Source: Schmidtea polychroa (taxonomy: Eukaryota). Taken from it: DNA of 64,000 nt. Positions 26,945 through 39,656 of this stretch are shown piece after piece; within the stretch, counting starts at the first letter, position 1, and every line of letters starts with the position of its first letter. The stretch lies in assembly GCA_044892525.1 (NCBI GenBank), contig CM097887.1:2542001-2606000 (forward strand), read 5' to 3'. Position numbers and translations under genes: made by a program. The notes under the pieces are model-generated. The model searched no databases and was not told the DNA's origin. It saw only the letters and a list, made by a program, of their open reading frames with translations.

Positions 26945-27475
26945 TCATGGTAGAAACTGAAAAAATAATATAAATAATGTGAAATTTTTAGTGAAATCAT
27001 CAAATGAATCTTCATATTCGAGCCTACAAATTTCATAACCTAGCTTAAGTAACTGTAAACAGTGGCTCAAACCAAACTTCATATAAAATAAACAGGAATC
27101 ATACTTTCTGGGTCGAGACTTGCATGGTTTCATTAGTACTGGAATTGTTGTCGGTATTCTGGAGATCAGAGCTGCTATAGCTGGAAACAGCTGTCTCGGA
27201 GTACGATGGTAATCGTCCAACTTCATCGTCAATATGAGTTCTAGTTCGGAGCTTCATAATTTTCTGGGACTTATCTGATGGTAATCTTGAGATCTTTTAT
27301 TATCCCTTGGTCTTCAGGCCGAGCTTTTTCCAGGGCTTCGATCTTTTGGAGGAGTTTACTTTCCTGTTCCGGTTTCAACCAGGTTCTTTCCATTCGCTTA
27401 CACTTCCATACTAGTAATTCGGCTCTCAGGTTGGCGAGCCGCTTCTGTCGTGTAGCGCGCCACGTATTGGTGATC
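26945..27475 (-). pseudogene. Orphan reading frame, diverged relative of 16409-16654
   Basis: LANLRAELLVWKCKRMERTWLKPEQESKLLQKIEALEKAR aligns by eye with the 16.5-kb ORF; contains stops. Confidence 0.35.
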
Positions 27476-28806
27476 TATACTAGTTATCTATACTAGTTAT
27501 ATTTTATTTAAAATTTAAGCATAAGAGGAGATATACCTGCGGAGATAAGAGTATACATGACTGTCACTTATAATAACAATTCAGAAAGTCTTCTTATCTT
27601 ATTTGCGATACATATTACATAAGATTAACATGTTTAGCGATATTAATCATTATCTCCCTAAAGCCAACTAAATTATCTTTTATTCAATGTCTTATAATCT
27701 TACGGTTTTATTACTTTAATTGTCAATCTATTCAAAAAGAATTTGTTCTATTTATTTAAGATCAAGATGACATATTAAACAACTACAATAACTAAATTTC
27801 AATTCAAATATTTTTTATTTTAATTAAACAAAATTTTGGATTTAGCTCAGGGAGAACACTGTATTTCTGTTAAAGTTTCGGGAAATCGGCTGCATCTAAT
27901 AACTTCTCATCGATCGACTTTTTTCATTTTCTTAGATATTCTAAAGCTAAATGTCCAAAATTTTAAATCAAAAAAATCATTTATAAAGATTCGGGTAAAG
28001 GATATCCCGATGAAGCTTTTCTCTAAAATTTGTTTTGAATATTATTCATTATTCATTAATCATTAAAATTATTTAACTATTCATTAAAAAAAACTTATTC
28101 ATTAAAATTATTTAATTAAGCAACAAAAAACAATCTTACTAACAGTTATATTTTCGATCATCAGCTACTCCTCGAAACCTTGTCTCCCACCTATCTCGTC
28201 CATTTGTTTAACAATATTGTTGACAAAATATTATTTCGCGGACCTTCTCATTCACCCGTCTCTATTTATTCAATTATTTCGGCTTTCTTGTTGTTTCTAC
28301 ACTTCTGTCTCGTATCATCCGACACAAGCGGAGATTTCGCCGGGAAACGAAGTTTCGAGTTTTGCTGATCGGAATCACTGGGACTTCTATCTCCTGACTA
28401 CTAGAAGTAGATACGACTACACAAGGTATACGTTCATAGATTCTCTGTGTTGTGCATGTTTATGATCATTTAAAAAAAATTAATTAAAATTATTACAAAA
28501 TTTAACATTAAAATTAATTTACGAAAAATTGAATAAACAAAGAAAGATCAATAATCGCATTTCAAATTATCCTCCTTAGTATTTTACTGTCTTTGTTTTA
28601 TTGTGTTTTAATCTTTAATTCTTATCTTATTTTCATTTTTTGTTTGTTAATCTAATTTTTCACTATATTTTGTTTTCTCTCTTACTTTATTATATTCGTT
28701 TATTTGTATTTTTTGCACTACCTTTTTTCAATTTGAATTTTTCGCGTTTTTTGTCGTTTCTTCGCTTCGACTAAACAATTATTTTTCTACTTTTTTTCTA
28801 GTTATG

Positions 28807-28807
<1 letters not shown>

Positions 28808-28870
<63 letters not shown>
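28808..28870. repeat. (TAA)n microsatellite
   Basis: Direct reading. Confidence 0.95.
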
Positions 28871-28871
<1 letters not shown>

Positions 28872-29097
28872 GTAAATCATTGTGAACGTGTATACTGTTA
28901 GTCGTTCGTCCGAATATTTTGTCTTAATTCGTAAGTCACGATAGTCAAAGACCTATAAGCATGCGTTTTTAATCGTTTATAAAGACTACAAGGAAAGGGA
29001 AATTGTTTCAATTGCAAAAAGCTCAAGTATAAGAATATGGAGCGTATCATCATTTGTCAACGAACATTGCTTTAATTCTTCTGATAACAGAGTTGTA

Positions 29098-29134
<37 letters not shown>
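29098..29134. repeat. (TA)n microsatellite
   Basis: Direct reading. Confidence 0.95.
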
Positions 29135-29138
<4 letters not shown>

Positions 29139-31609
29139 TAATCTATATGATTGGGCTCATATTGAAAATATTCTTTATACTGATTTCTGTTGGATATATT
29201 ATGTATTTTGAGTGACTGTATGACTACGAATATTAAAATTCTTTCATATGGTTACTTTAAACATTTATATTGATGTTCCTGAAAGCATAAATGTTTTTGA
29301 ATAATTTCCAAGTGGCATCTGAAAAAATGTGTCCACCGAATTCCAAAGTTGATAAGTTTATGCTTAGATATTACCCAAAGAACTATATTCTTCATTAAGA
29401 TTGTTGATATTCTTTTTTTATTCGTAATTATTACTTTAAAATATTCAAAAGATTTTTCAAAAATTTATTATTAAAACAAACTGCAAACTAAAACTTGGAG
29501 AATTAAATAATGTGTTTTCATATTCTGAGCGATGCCAACATATAACAATCATAAAAATAATAGTTAATATATAATATATATATATATATATAAATTTAGT
29601 ATAGATATTTAAAATTAACGATAAATACATTATTAGATTTATCTCAGCGCCTCAATTAAAAATTTTACCTATAGTTTGAAATTCGCTCAATCATTCAACA
29701 TTTCTTGTGATATTAATTTTGATGACGTAGCTTCAATCATCTTTCTTATTTATGATTTTTATACCTGTCGCCTTTTACTATATAACCAAGATGTGTAAGT
29801 AAGTGAACGATTTTGGGTTCCCCAGTCAACGAAAGCTGTCTTCTGCTTTGAGTACCTTCTATTATGTAGCTATTAATTATTTATAGCCGAATTGATGAAT
29901 CCGCTTTCACTTTTCTTCAGTTTAATTATTTACAAGTAAAATTATTTATAAAAATTTTAGGATAAAATATAATTTCTGAACTGCTCTCAAGTAATTTATT
30001 GTATACTGTTCTTCATCTGAAGTCACTGTATTGCTTGTATACTAAATTGAAATGAATACTCTTGAGAGATAGCTGGATTTCAATTCCACAAATTTTTCTT
30101 GAGTTGATTAAAAATCTGTTTTCAGGAAATTTTCTTTAAAATATATTTCTCCCAATATCGATTTCCAAAATGAACTTTAATTTCGTTGTCCGCTTATAAT
30201 TTTCCTCGGCCCTCAACAATAAAATATTTAATTTAAAATACTAAATCTAGAATTACGTGTCAGTAACCCACAATTGGTAATTTTCTGATTAAGTATTTAT
30301 TTATTTAATTTCTAAAATTTATTTATAGTATTATTTTTATTGACGTCATTAAAACGTCACTATTTACAATTTATTTAACGTCACTTGATGACGCCATAAT
30401 GATTTATTGATATCATTAAAGCTAAGAGTCTATATCTAATATATTGATTGTTCGGTTGTCACAGTTCCAATAATTTCCAGTTTTTTATATATTGGAGTTT
30501 CTTTATCGGGAAATTGATTGAAGTCTTTTCGTATCTTTTGTCAGTTGTTTGAGTATTTTATTTTCTTGTTGATTGGAGTTGTTTTGCAAAGTTGATAAGT
30601 TCGTATATATTAAAAACAAAGGAAATGAACTTGTGGAGTAAGTTCAATTATCATAAGGTAGATATTAACTAGATACAATAATAAAAAAACAACATAAAAG
30701 TAAATATCTTAAAAACAATAAAATTCATAAGATATAAACGCTTTTAAGAAAATAATACATCAAATGAGAAGTATGAAAATAATATTTAAATGATGTAAAT
30801 GATGATTATAATGTAAATAATACTAATTAATAATTTTTCATTTTATTGTTAATTTAGTTTTAGTTAGAGCATTTTATTTAGTACTTATAAGCGGGTCGTT
30901 AAATATTTATTTTAATGTGTTCGTTACATGGTCCATAACTATGCTATAACTAGCTGTTATTGCTTTTATTACAGTGTCTTGCAAGTTTGTCTATTTCTTC
31001 ATCTGTTAGTCCTATATTGTTGTGGTTGTTCTTTTATAAAAAAAATAAAATAAACTTTATATGAAGTTTATTTTAGGTTTTTGTGTTTGTTTTAGTAATT
31101 TGTACATTTATATTTCCTTATTTTGAATATGAGGCCGGCTCTAATTTATTACTCGGAATTTGTATTCCAATACCTTTCCGCTGTGCTATTGCTAGTTTAA
31201 AGGTTTTAAATAATTTTAACGTATAAAAATAAAATATATTATATGAAATACAAATATATTACAGAAACAAGTGTTTACAAAATAGAAATTACTTATATTA
31301 TTACACATTACTTATCACACGTTTTACATATTCAAAATTAAATTCTATTACTTCCCGTTGAAATTTAAAGATCACAAATTTCCAGTACTTTGGATATGAT
31401 TTTTGAGTTTTAATTCTTTTGTTTTTCTAAATAATTTAAATCCAAATATCAAATTTCATTAAATTTTTTTTCCAATAATTTTGACAAAATATTGGAATAT
31501 TTTTCAAATAATAGCTAAAGCATGCACTACATATAATGAATGACCAAATACCCGGAAGTAGTTCTTAATACTCCTGGTGGTTTGATGGAAAAGAGTACGG
31601 GATCAAGGT

Positions 31610-31720
31610 CAAAATCCCCCCCCCCCCGGTTTGTGAACAAGTTCAAAATCCCCCTCCCGGTTTGTGAACAAGTTCAAAATCCCCCCCCCCCGGTTTGTGA
31701 ACAAGTTCAAAATCCCCCCG
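31610..31720. repeat. Tandem repeat, ~3.3 copies of a 31-34 bp unit caaaat(c)n-ggtttgtgaacaagtt
   Basis: Direct reading; units differ mainly in C-run length, with no unique spacers. Confidence 0.9.
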
Positions 31721-32947
31721 TAAAAATATTAATAAAATATACAAAAAAAATAAAAAAACATAAAAAAAAGTTAAAAAATATATATTCATAAAAATGAACA
31801 AAATAAAATAAACATTACAATAAAATGAACATTAAAATTAAAATATACATAAAAAATGGTAGGCAAAACTTGAATAATCTTTTTGCTGATATAATACTAC
31901 AAGAATTTAGGAGAAACATTAAATGACGTAGCTAATGGAGAAGGGCGGACGGTCAGCACTAGCGAAGAAAATCTGTAATAATGATAGCAATAAGATCTAT
32001 TGAATTATTTAAGAATTTAAAGCTTCACATAAATTTTGTAATTCTAAATCATTAATAAGTGTTATAAACTTCATGTTGCCGATTCAGTTATGGATAATAT
32101 TAAGTTCAGAGAGGTTTCCTTAATAGTTGTTTCCGACAAGTAGTTGTTTTTGACAAATTAAGATTTGTAAATGAACACAATAGATAATTAACTAATTGAA
32201 CGAAAATCGATTGACTTCGAGACGAGAAAATACGTTAGAGAAAGGTCGTCAAGCGAAGAGTGTAGAAGCGATGTTTCGGAAATGTCGTTGGATGAAGGCG
32301 TCATGGTTCCAATCCGAGCATGTAAGAAAGCTTAACCCAGAGCCCACATAAAATGGTGGTCATGTTCTAACTTATACCGAAAATGAGATCTTGCCGGCTA
32401 TTGAGGCTTTGCTCTCGAAAATGCCAATAGCCCCAGCGAATGACAAAAGCTATGTAAACCGACGTAAGGGAAACTGAAGAAAAAAAGATTTAGGGAATTA
32501 AAAATGAGTGCAAATACAGCACCAAAAATAGAACAATTTTATTTTCCTGACTTGATCTTAATTATTTGCACAATTGTGTAAATAAATTTATTATATCGTA
32601 TTATTCGAATATATTGCTCGTAAAGGAATTTAAAAATTAACTAAAAGTGAAAGATGATTCCATTTGGGAATCCGTCATAATAAAGATAATGAATGATAAA
32701 TAAACTAAAATCAAATAAAACTTTGAGACAGCCCTCTCGATCCGAAGTCAATAGATTTAATGTTAGGATGATTGGAAATAAAACGAAATTGAGTTAATTG
32801 CGAAAATTAACAACAGTTATAAAAGTCCATATCTTCGTAAATCAAATAACAATTAATAAAGGATATTAACCGAATTGCAAATGATTAGACATTATCTTAT
32901 CATCTCGTATTTTTTTCTTGAAATCTTTAAAATTCGTTATCATAGAC

Positions 32948-34093
32948 TGTTTCGACCAGTCAGAGGGGGATTGCCTCTGACTGGCAGTTGTTTGGCTTTT
33001 TTCTATCGCGTCTGTGTGCGCGGTCTGGTTAGACCGATTCTTGTTGGTGTGCGCACACAGACGCGAGCAATGGATTGAATTTTATAAATCGGTAATCCTT
33101 AGAATTGTAATTTTAATTGGATTTTTTTGGTAGATTTGTTTAAAATTGGTTTTAAATTGAAATCTGTGGAAATTATGATGAATGAAATTAAAAGAATGGC
33201 GGTCGAAATGAATTTGCGATGTGATGTAGGTTGTGATCAGAAATTCTGTCTTACATCTTTTCAAAATATTAACCTTGTGAAAGGCGATCTCATTTATACT
33301 GGTTTCCAAGGAAAAGTTCCCGATAAATTAATTGTATCGATTGTCACGGAACTTTCACAGTTGTTGCCATCATTTTTCATGATTATGCATGGGATCGAGT
33401 CTTCTAAATTCACAGATAAGGTCGTCAATAAAAACAACGATATTGTATTATGGATTCGTAAGAAAATAATATTGAATCATTCTATGTCGGATCTTTCAAA
33501 TCGATTTGTGTGCAAAACGGAAATCAGAAATTATTTAATTGAAGAATTATCCAACAGATTTTCTCAGTTGTCCGAATTAAAACATTTGGGTAAGTCGAAG
33601 TTTGAAATCGCGCGTGTGCTTCGACGGAAACTGCTACTGGATAAAATGGCATATAACGATAAAATGACTTGTGATACAATATGTTTGTCTATGGCGGATA
33701 TTGATCAATTCTATTCCCAATCGGCTGAGAGGCGACCATTAGGATGTTCAATGATGGCATTATCTTATAATCTTGAACTGGACAAAATGTTATTCAAAAC
33801 TGATCGACGTGGCCCTGTAGAGGCGAAAAATAAAATCTTGAAAATTGTCAATTGTGATCTTGATCTTATTCATGTTTTTTTTCCCAAATAGAATTCTATT
33901 TACAAAAATTAATCGAATTAAAAATACAATTCACAAAGAAACCTACTTCCAAAATCCATCGATTTCCATTGCTCGCGTCTGTGTGCGCACACCAACACGA
34001 ATCGGTCTAACCAGACCGCGCACACAGACGCGATAGAAAAACTATACAAACAACTGCCAGTCAGAGGCAATCGCCCTCTGACTGGTCGAAACA
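32948..34093 (+). mobile_element. 1146-bp TG..CA element with ~127-bp TIRs, 5-bp TSD and a single orphan ORF
   Basis: TIRs 32948-33074 and 33965-34093; ends TGTTTCGACC / GGTCGAAACA; TAGAC at 32943-32947 and 34094-34098. Confidence 0.85.
33127..33891 (+). CDS. Hypothetical protein (254 aa from GTG; first ATG near 33175) filling the TIR element
   Basis: Uninterrupted ORF in AT-rich DNA, spanning almost all the space between the TIRs; no recognisable motif. Confidence 0.65.
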   Translation: MVDLFKIGFKLKSVEIMMNEIKRMAVEMNLRCDVGCDQKFCLTSFQNINLVKGDLIYTGFQGKVPDKLIVSIVTELSQLLPSFFMIMHGIESSKFTDKVVNKNNDIVLWIRKKIILNHSMSDLSNRFVCKTEIRNYLIEELSNRFSQLSELKHLGKSKFEIARVLRRKLLLDKMAYNDKMTCDTICLSMADIDQFYSQSAERRPLGCSMMALSYNLELDKMLFKTDRRGPVEAKNKILKIVNCDLDLIHVFFPK

Positions 34094-35040
34094 TAGACTG
34101 TTTTAAATGGGTAGGTGAAAGTAAACAATAACAATCAGGAAACTCAAGTAAATCCAAACGATAAGGGACAGGAAAAGGAGGGACCGCGATACCTTCTACA
34201 GTAGCTCACGAACCCAGAGGCTCGTCGGTTGCAGTTCTTATGGTAGAGCTCACTTGTTTGCTGACAGTCACCCTATTAAATCGCAGTACCAACGTTGCTA
34301 GCGACGAGCGTTTAGTGACCGATTAAAATAATTATGCGCGGTTACTCAGGGTGGTGAATATAGCAAAAGTGTCAAATAGACGATTGTCCTACAGCAAGAT
34401 GTTTCCCCACAGGCAACCGCTCCAGGTCCAACAAGAAATATTTTGAGAACTGTTGAATGAGGTGTAGCAATAATTGAGAATGTAATTTTTATTAACTTGA
34501 TATAAAAATAATCATATTCAAGACAAAAAATCCCATCAAGACAAAAGTGTACAAGATCTTGTTAAGTATTTGATTTTTAAAACAAGGTAGGTCACTAACG
34601 CACAATTATAAATTAAGAAATAACTTGAAAATTATCATCATTAATATTTAATGAATATTCTTTCAAAATAAAAATACCCACATCTTATATATTATTATTT
34701 GTATTTAATAAAATTACAAGATTGATGAACTTTTTTGTATTTGCTTTCTTTAAAATGTTAACTAGAATTCATCATTTCGAGATTTAATAATCATATAATT
34801 TGGAATGTTATACACATTATAGGATAAATTAAATATATTATTTAAGCCATATGAGCGAAGCGCTTATAGGCTTCAATTTTATCACCGGTCGTCCCAAGTT
34901 CAATTTTCGAATTTGGTCAATTTTTTTCGACATTTTTTTGAACGGAATCCGATTCAGCGTATTGATTTTAGTATATATTTAAATTTTCAGAGCATTCTGA
35001 ATTGTAGTTGTCGAGAAAATGATTAATTAATTATTAATTT

Positions 35041-36119
35041 TGCTAAGATCAAAAAACGGGGATTACAGATCTCAACACAATGACTCCAATAATTGAATAA
35101 ATAGATAGATAAATAAATATAAATATGTTATATTTAATGTGGTTGCGCGTATAAGTTTAGATAACTGAATCAAGAACAAACACTTTTCTCTTTTTTTAAA
35201 ACTGTATTTGATAATTTACAAAATAATTTACAATTATTGTATAAAGAAATAAGATAACGGATTTATTAATCCCTGCTGTTTACCTCAGCCTGCAAGAGAT
35301 CGATGGCTCCTGTGTAGCACAACGATCGCAATGTAAGTAAAAAAGTTGGGCAAGCAAAAGGGAATGATTTTGGGGCTCCCAGGGAACACTAAAGTAAGAA
35401 GATCAGTACTTTGTGTTCACTTTTCACAGGATAATAATTTATCCCTCAATACAATAATTTTACCTGGCTTAACAGCGATACTGGTGTGAAACTATTCTTC
35501 TTTGAACTCTTTTCAAAACTCTCTGTTTTTCTTCTCTCTCTCTCTGTTTTACAATTTCGCTTGTTGTCAATTTATACTGAATTTGCACGGTTGAAATCAA
35601 TTCGTAATTTGAGTTGGAATTTCTTCGTGTGAGATTTGGTTTATCGAAACTCGTATTCAATTATTCAAATTTGATTTAAACAATCGAGACTTGTGTTAAA
35701 TTCCTTGTGTTAATTACAATTCTCTCAGTGATTTTTAATCACGTCTTTTTGCAATAACAATTAAATAATTTTCAAGATGTTTCTTTCCAAATGTTCTCTT
35801 TCTCCAATTTATTTGTCCCACTAAGTTATTCTCCAAATAATTTGTCTTACAAATATCCGTCGTCAATTTTATCGTCCCTGGTTCTCGTTTTGAACCAGTA
35901 TTTATTTTAATTATTTATTATATTAATAGCAATTTTATAATTACTATATATAGTAGCCGTATAATCAAATATTACTATATACTACTTATTTCTATTAATA
36001 GTAATTAATTAAACCTATCTTTTATTTTCAGTAATTCTTTATTATTTTTATTTATACTATTTCTAATTTTAGTAATTTTTAATTATTTTATCATCAAGGC
36101 TCCAGGCCTATCCCTAACA
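35041..36119 (-). repeat. 3' LTR (1079 bp)
   Basis: tgctaagatc...tccctaaca; direct repeat of 54196-54975 with extra ~250-bp and ~80-bp segments. Confidence 0.92.
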
Positions 36120-36135
36120 AGTCTTACCCCCTAAA
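36120..36135 (-). other. Polypurine-tract-like sequence adjoining the 3' LTR
   Basis: Minus strand ...TTAGGGGGTAAGACT immediately before TGTTAGGG. Confidence 0.55.
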
Positions 36136-36364
36136 AGATTTTCGTCTCGAAAACAAGACAAATAACACTAAAGAAAGACTGTTGGTAAACAGCATTAAAA
36201 TAAAAACATAAAAATTAATCAAATAAGACAAGATATAAAATGAATGTTTCCAATCACAAATATTAAATGTCAAAAACACTGAATAGCACAAATCAAATAA
36301 TAGTTAAGTCATTTTATACACATTTTGAATTCGGCGACACTTGTTGGGTGGCAACGCTCTCCGA

Positions 36365-37724
36365 TTAGATATCCAGATCATCGGGATCTGGGTCTGGAAC
36401 TTTGTAAAGGTGCAACTCCTTCGTGCTGTAGCTATTTGCAACGACGTATTGCTGCAGCAACTTCTTTTTCCTCTTCTGTAAGACTTCTGGCTCAAAACTC
36501 ATTGCCAGAGGCTTACCATCCAGAGCACTCGTTAATATGACTGTAGACACTACATAAGGGATTCCGTCTACGTCATAAACATCATAATTTTGATTATTAT
36601 TGACTGCCATTCTCGTGACTGGTTGGCAGTCATACTCTTTGGCTCTGGGTTTCCATTTGCTATCCGGAATTTTGTACCACATTGGTTCGAAACCGTCCAC
36701 ATCAACCGAAACTGGTTTCTTGATGATATTCTCCTTGGAAATCTTTAACATTTTCTGCCTAACCACAGGTTCAGATTTAACCTTTATTGCTTCCTGCATC
36801 TCCTTAACCGGAGGTTGAAAAGCAACTTCCACAATGTCATCATCTGGTTCACTGAATATCTTTTTAGGTTTATTATTCTTATCTTCCATACTGCTGGGTG
36901 TCTCTTTTGTCGTTCCTTCGACGATCTAACAACTTTCTTCAACTTTAGCTTCGATTTGTCTCTTTTTATGGGTAATATTTTCTTTAACATCTTTTTCACC
37001 TTGCCTCCTTCTGGATTTTCTTTTCTGACCGCATTTCCGAATTATCCTTTGGCTGATAGGCAGCTCCCGATGATTGTTTGGGTGATTTTGCTATCTCCGT
37101 TTCACTAACGCATGTTTCATATTCATCTTCTTTTCCAATAGATATAGCTGGAGGCGGTAGTAGATCCACAGGTGATTTCCTTTTAGGCTGGGGTTGCTCT
37201 GATGTAGATGGTTGCTCGGGTAATCTCTTCTGCGTCATTTCCTGTTCAACTATCGCTGCTGTAGTTGCGGAAATGAATTCTTCCTGGGGTATAGTGATAT
37301 GGTCTAACCCTTCGTTTCTGATATGCAAATAAACCGCACGTATCGCCAGTGCCTCATTGGTGACCACTAAATTCCTCGGTTCTCCGGGAACCGTACGCAG
37401 GAAAGACTTTGTCAGGAATCCCAATCTGTAATGACCATGAATCTTTGGGACTCCTCTGGTTTCCAATAGTTTATTTGCAGAAAGGTCACGAATACCCAAT
37501 ATTCGCTGCACTGGTAGATTGGCTACCGAGATTAGATCTTTAAGTAAAATACCAACAAGTATTTTCTTATCACAAATCTTTCTTATCAGATGATAACAAT
37601 CATCTTCGCCGAGGTTACCTCTAATATCGGGTTCCTTTAACTTGTATTGATGCGTTTGGTAGTGTTTTACAGGGTCTCTAGGAGTCATTACCGCACTCAA
37701 TAAATTATTTCCCCTCATATCCAT
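36365..37724 (-). pseudogene. Accessory ORF B of the LTR element (probably one ~450-aa ORF broken by a frameshift and a stop); function unknown
   Basis: ORF 36996-37724; the shifted frame GEKDVKENITHKKRQIEAKVEESC*IVEGTTKETPSS continues in frame into ORF 36365-36889. Confidence 0.55.
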
Positions 37725-37733
37725 AATTGCGAT

Positions 37734-38432
37734 TTAGATAATTGTCTCCTTCAGTTCGATTCGGGATTTGGCAAAACCTGCCGATATGAAAATTGTAGCC
37801 TCGACCTCCTCGGCTTTGGCTAAATTTTTCCTCACAAATGATTTACACTGCTGTATATCAGCTTCATTTGCATTGTAAATCCAAGTTGGCTCGTTTTTGC
37901 TAACTATAGGGTATGGCTTCCTGAAGTCTAAGATTTCTACTGTGATTATGGTGTCCACCGCCGCTGCCTGGATCATAATATTCCGTTCTCGTCCATAAGC
38001 GTGGTATATCTCCAGAGTACACTGTTTTTCTAATTCAACCGGTAACTCTAATCCCGCCATAAACACAGTGAACGGCCTATTGATCGCATGGATCCAAATG
38101 TTTTCCAATTTCGGGCATGAACCATACTCTCTACATATTTCCGCCAATTTTAATCTTCCTTGGTTGTTTATAACCGTTATCATCATTTGCCTTCGAGGCC
38201 CTCCTGGGAACTTGAAATCGTTTGGAATATCCACTCTCCTGGGATAATACCAATAGTTTGAGGTGAGGTGATTCATTTTTGCTGCGACCGTGGTTCCGAT
38301 GAACCGATATACGTACTCTTCTTTATATGTGCTGTATACCTCAGTTTCAACTCGAGTCTGGGAATTGTACGTTGCCAATGAGTGTCGTCGATTTGCTTTG
38401 ACTGGTGGCTTTGGTTCTCTGTTGTAATTCAT
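37734..38432 (-). CDS. Accessory ORF A of the LTR element (232 aa, intact); function unknown
   Basis: ATG-to-stop ORF, same strand as pol, stop only 9 bp before the ATG of ORF B. Confidence 0.7.
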   Translation of the reverse strand: MNYNREPKPPVKANRRHSLATYNSQTRVETEVYSTYKEEYVYRFIGTTVAAKMNHLTSNYWYYPRRVDIPNDFKFPGGPRRQMMITVINNQGRLKLAEICREYGSCPKLENIWIHAINRPFTVFMAGLELPVELEKQCTLEIYHAYGRERNIMIQAAAVDTIITVEILDFRKPYPIVSKNEPTWIYNANEADIQQCKSFVRKNLAKAEEVEATIFISAGFAKSRIELKETII

Positions 38433-39656
38433 TTCTAAAAATAAATTAATTAACAGCTTTTATCACTTTCGTGATAGACCCTCGCAGGGTAACCAAAGTC
38501 GACATACGCTGATGTCTGATTTTACCGATGCTCATTTGAGCCCACATTAGTTTACATACTAATATAAATAAAATATTAAATAAATAATTATATATATTTA
38601 CACTTCCTAGTATATGGTGAGACTTTCCCCCTATACCTCGGTTTCGTAAATATTTTCCCAATAACGAATATCCCGCATATTTAATCTAAACATCCATAGG
38701 GTAGCTAATATCAAAATTAAAATCATGCAAATTACTCCCCCTATCATAATTAAGAATAACCAAGTTGGCGTTTAATCTCCCGTTGTCCCCTTTAACCCTT
38801 TGACGCTCATAAGCGTTGCCGGCATTTTTATCGCTTGAAATATTAATCAATCGACAGATTTTAGTCCATTAGTGAGTATTATTTTCAAAAAATAATTTAT
38901 TCTTTATTTTTTAGACACTACCTGGGGTGGTACATAAATACACCACTAAGCGATAATATGCAAAATATCCAATCAGTCAATTATATGATAAAGTGAATAA
39001 CACTGACGTTGAGCATTCAGACAGAGGTGAACATCACATGAACTGCATTTAATGTTGCTGCGGCAATCATGTCTTCGGGTGCTGCAGTATGTGCATCGCT
39101 TTCTGTCTTCTGTGAATACTGGTAAATGTTGTGGTGTAGGACAAGCAGCATTACTCGGTCGAATTTTCTTTGAAGGAGGATTGGCGGATGTCGCTCTCTG
39201 ACGACTACTGTAACGACCAGTGAGAGATAGCGCCACAGATCTGCGAAAGTCAAGAGCCTTCATTAGGTTGCCCTCATTTAGTTTCTTGAAAATGACATAG
39301 GAATTACACACACCAATATCCAGTAGGTCAAAGAAAATGCGTAAGTAGAACTTCACTTTTGACCTTTAAGTAAAAAAATCAAAACAAACAATGTATGTAG
39401 AGTTATAATGTGCACAGAGGCTGTAAATTTTTGCTTACCTTCGGTCGATTCCATATGCCTCTTTTCGTTGATCTGCAATGTCAACACCTCCCATAATTGA
39501 ATTATACGTCGAAACCATTTTTGGAACAGTTTTAGGCATTTTACCAGCCGTACCTCTTCGTCTTCTCATAACGGTCGTGGTTTCAAAAGGAGTCTCATAA
39601 TTGGATAGAATAGTGACAGGACGTTTGTTCATCCACTTTATTGATGAGATACTGCC

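Noticed and set aside
31610-31720. Tandem 31-34 bp repeats as a CRISPR array
   Set aside because: No unique spacers, only C-run length variation; eukaryotic context with no cas genes
32948-32990. Hairpin + tcgaaac in the TIR as a hammerhead ribozyme
   Set aside because: The CUGANGA half of the catalytic core is missing
35469-35660. ORF within the extra segment of the 3' LTR
   Set aside because: Short, no motif, and absent from the 5' LTR
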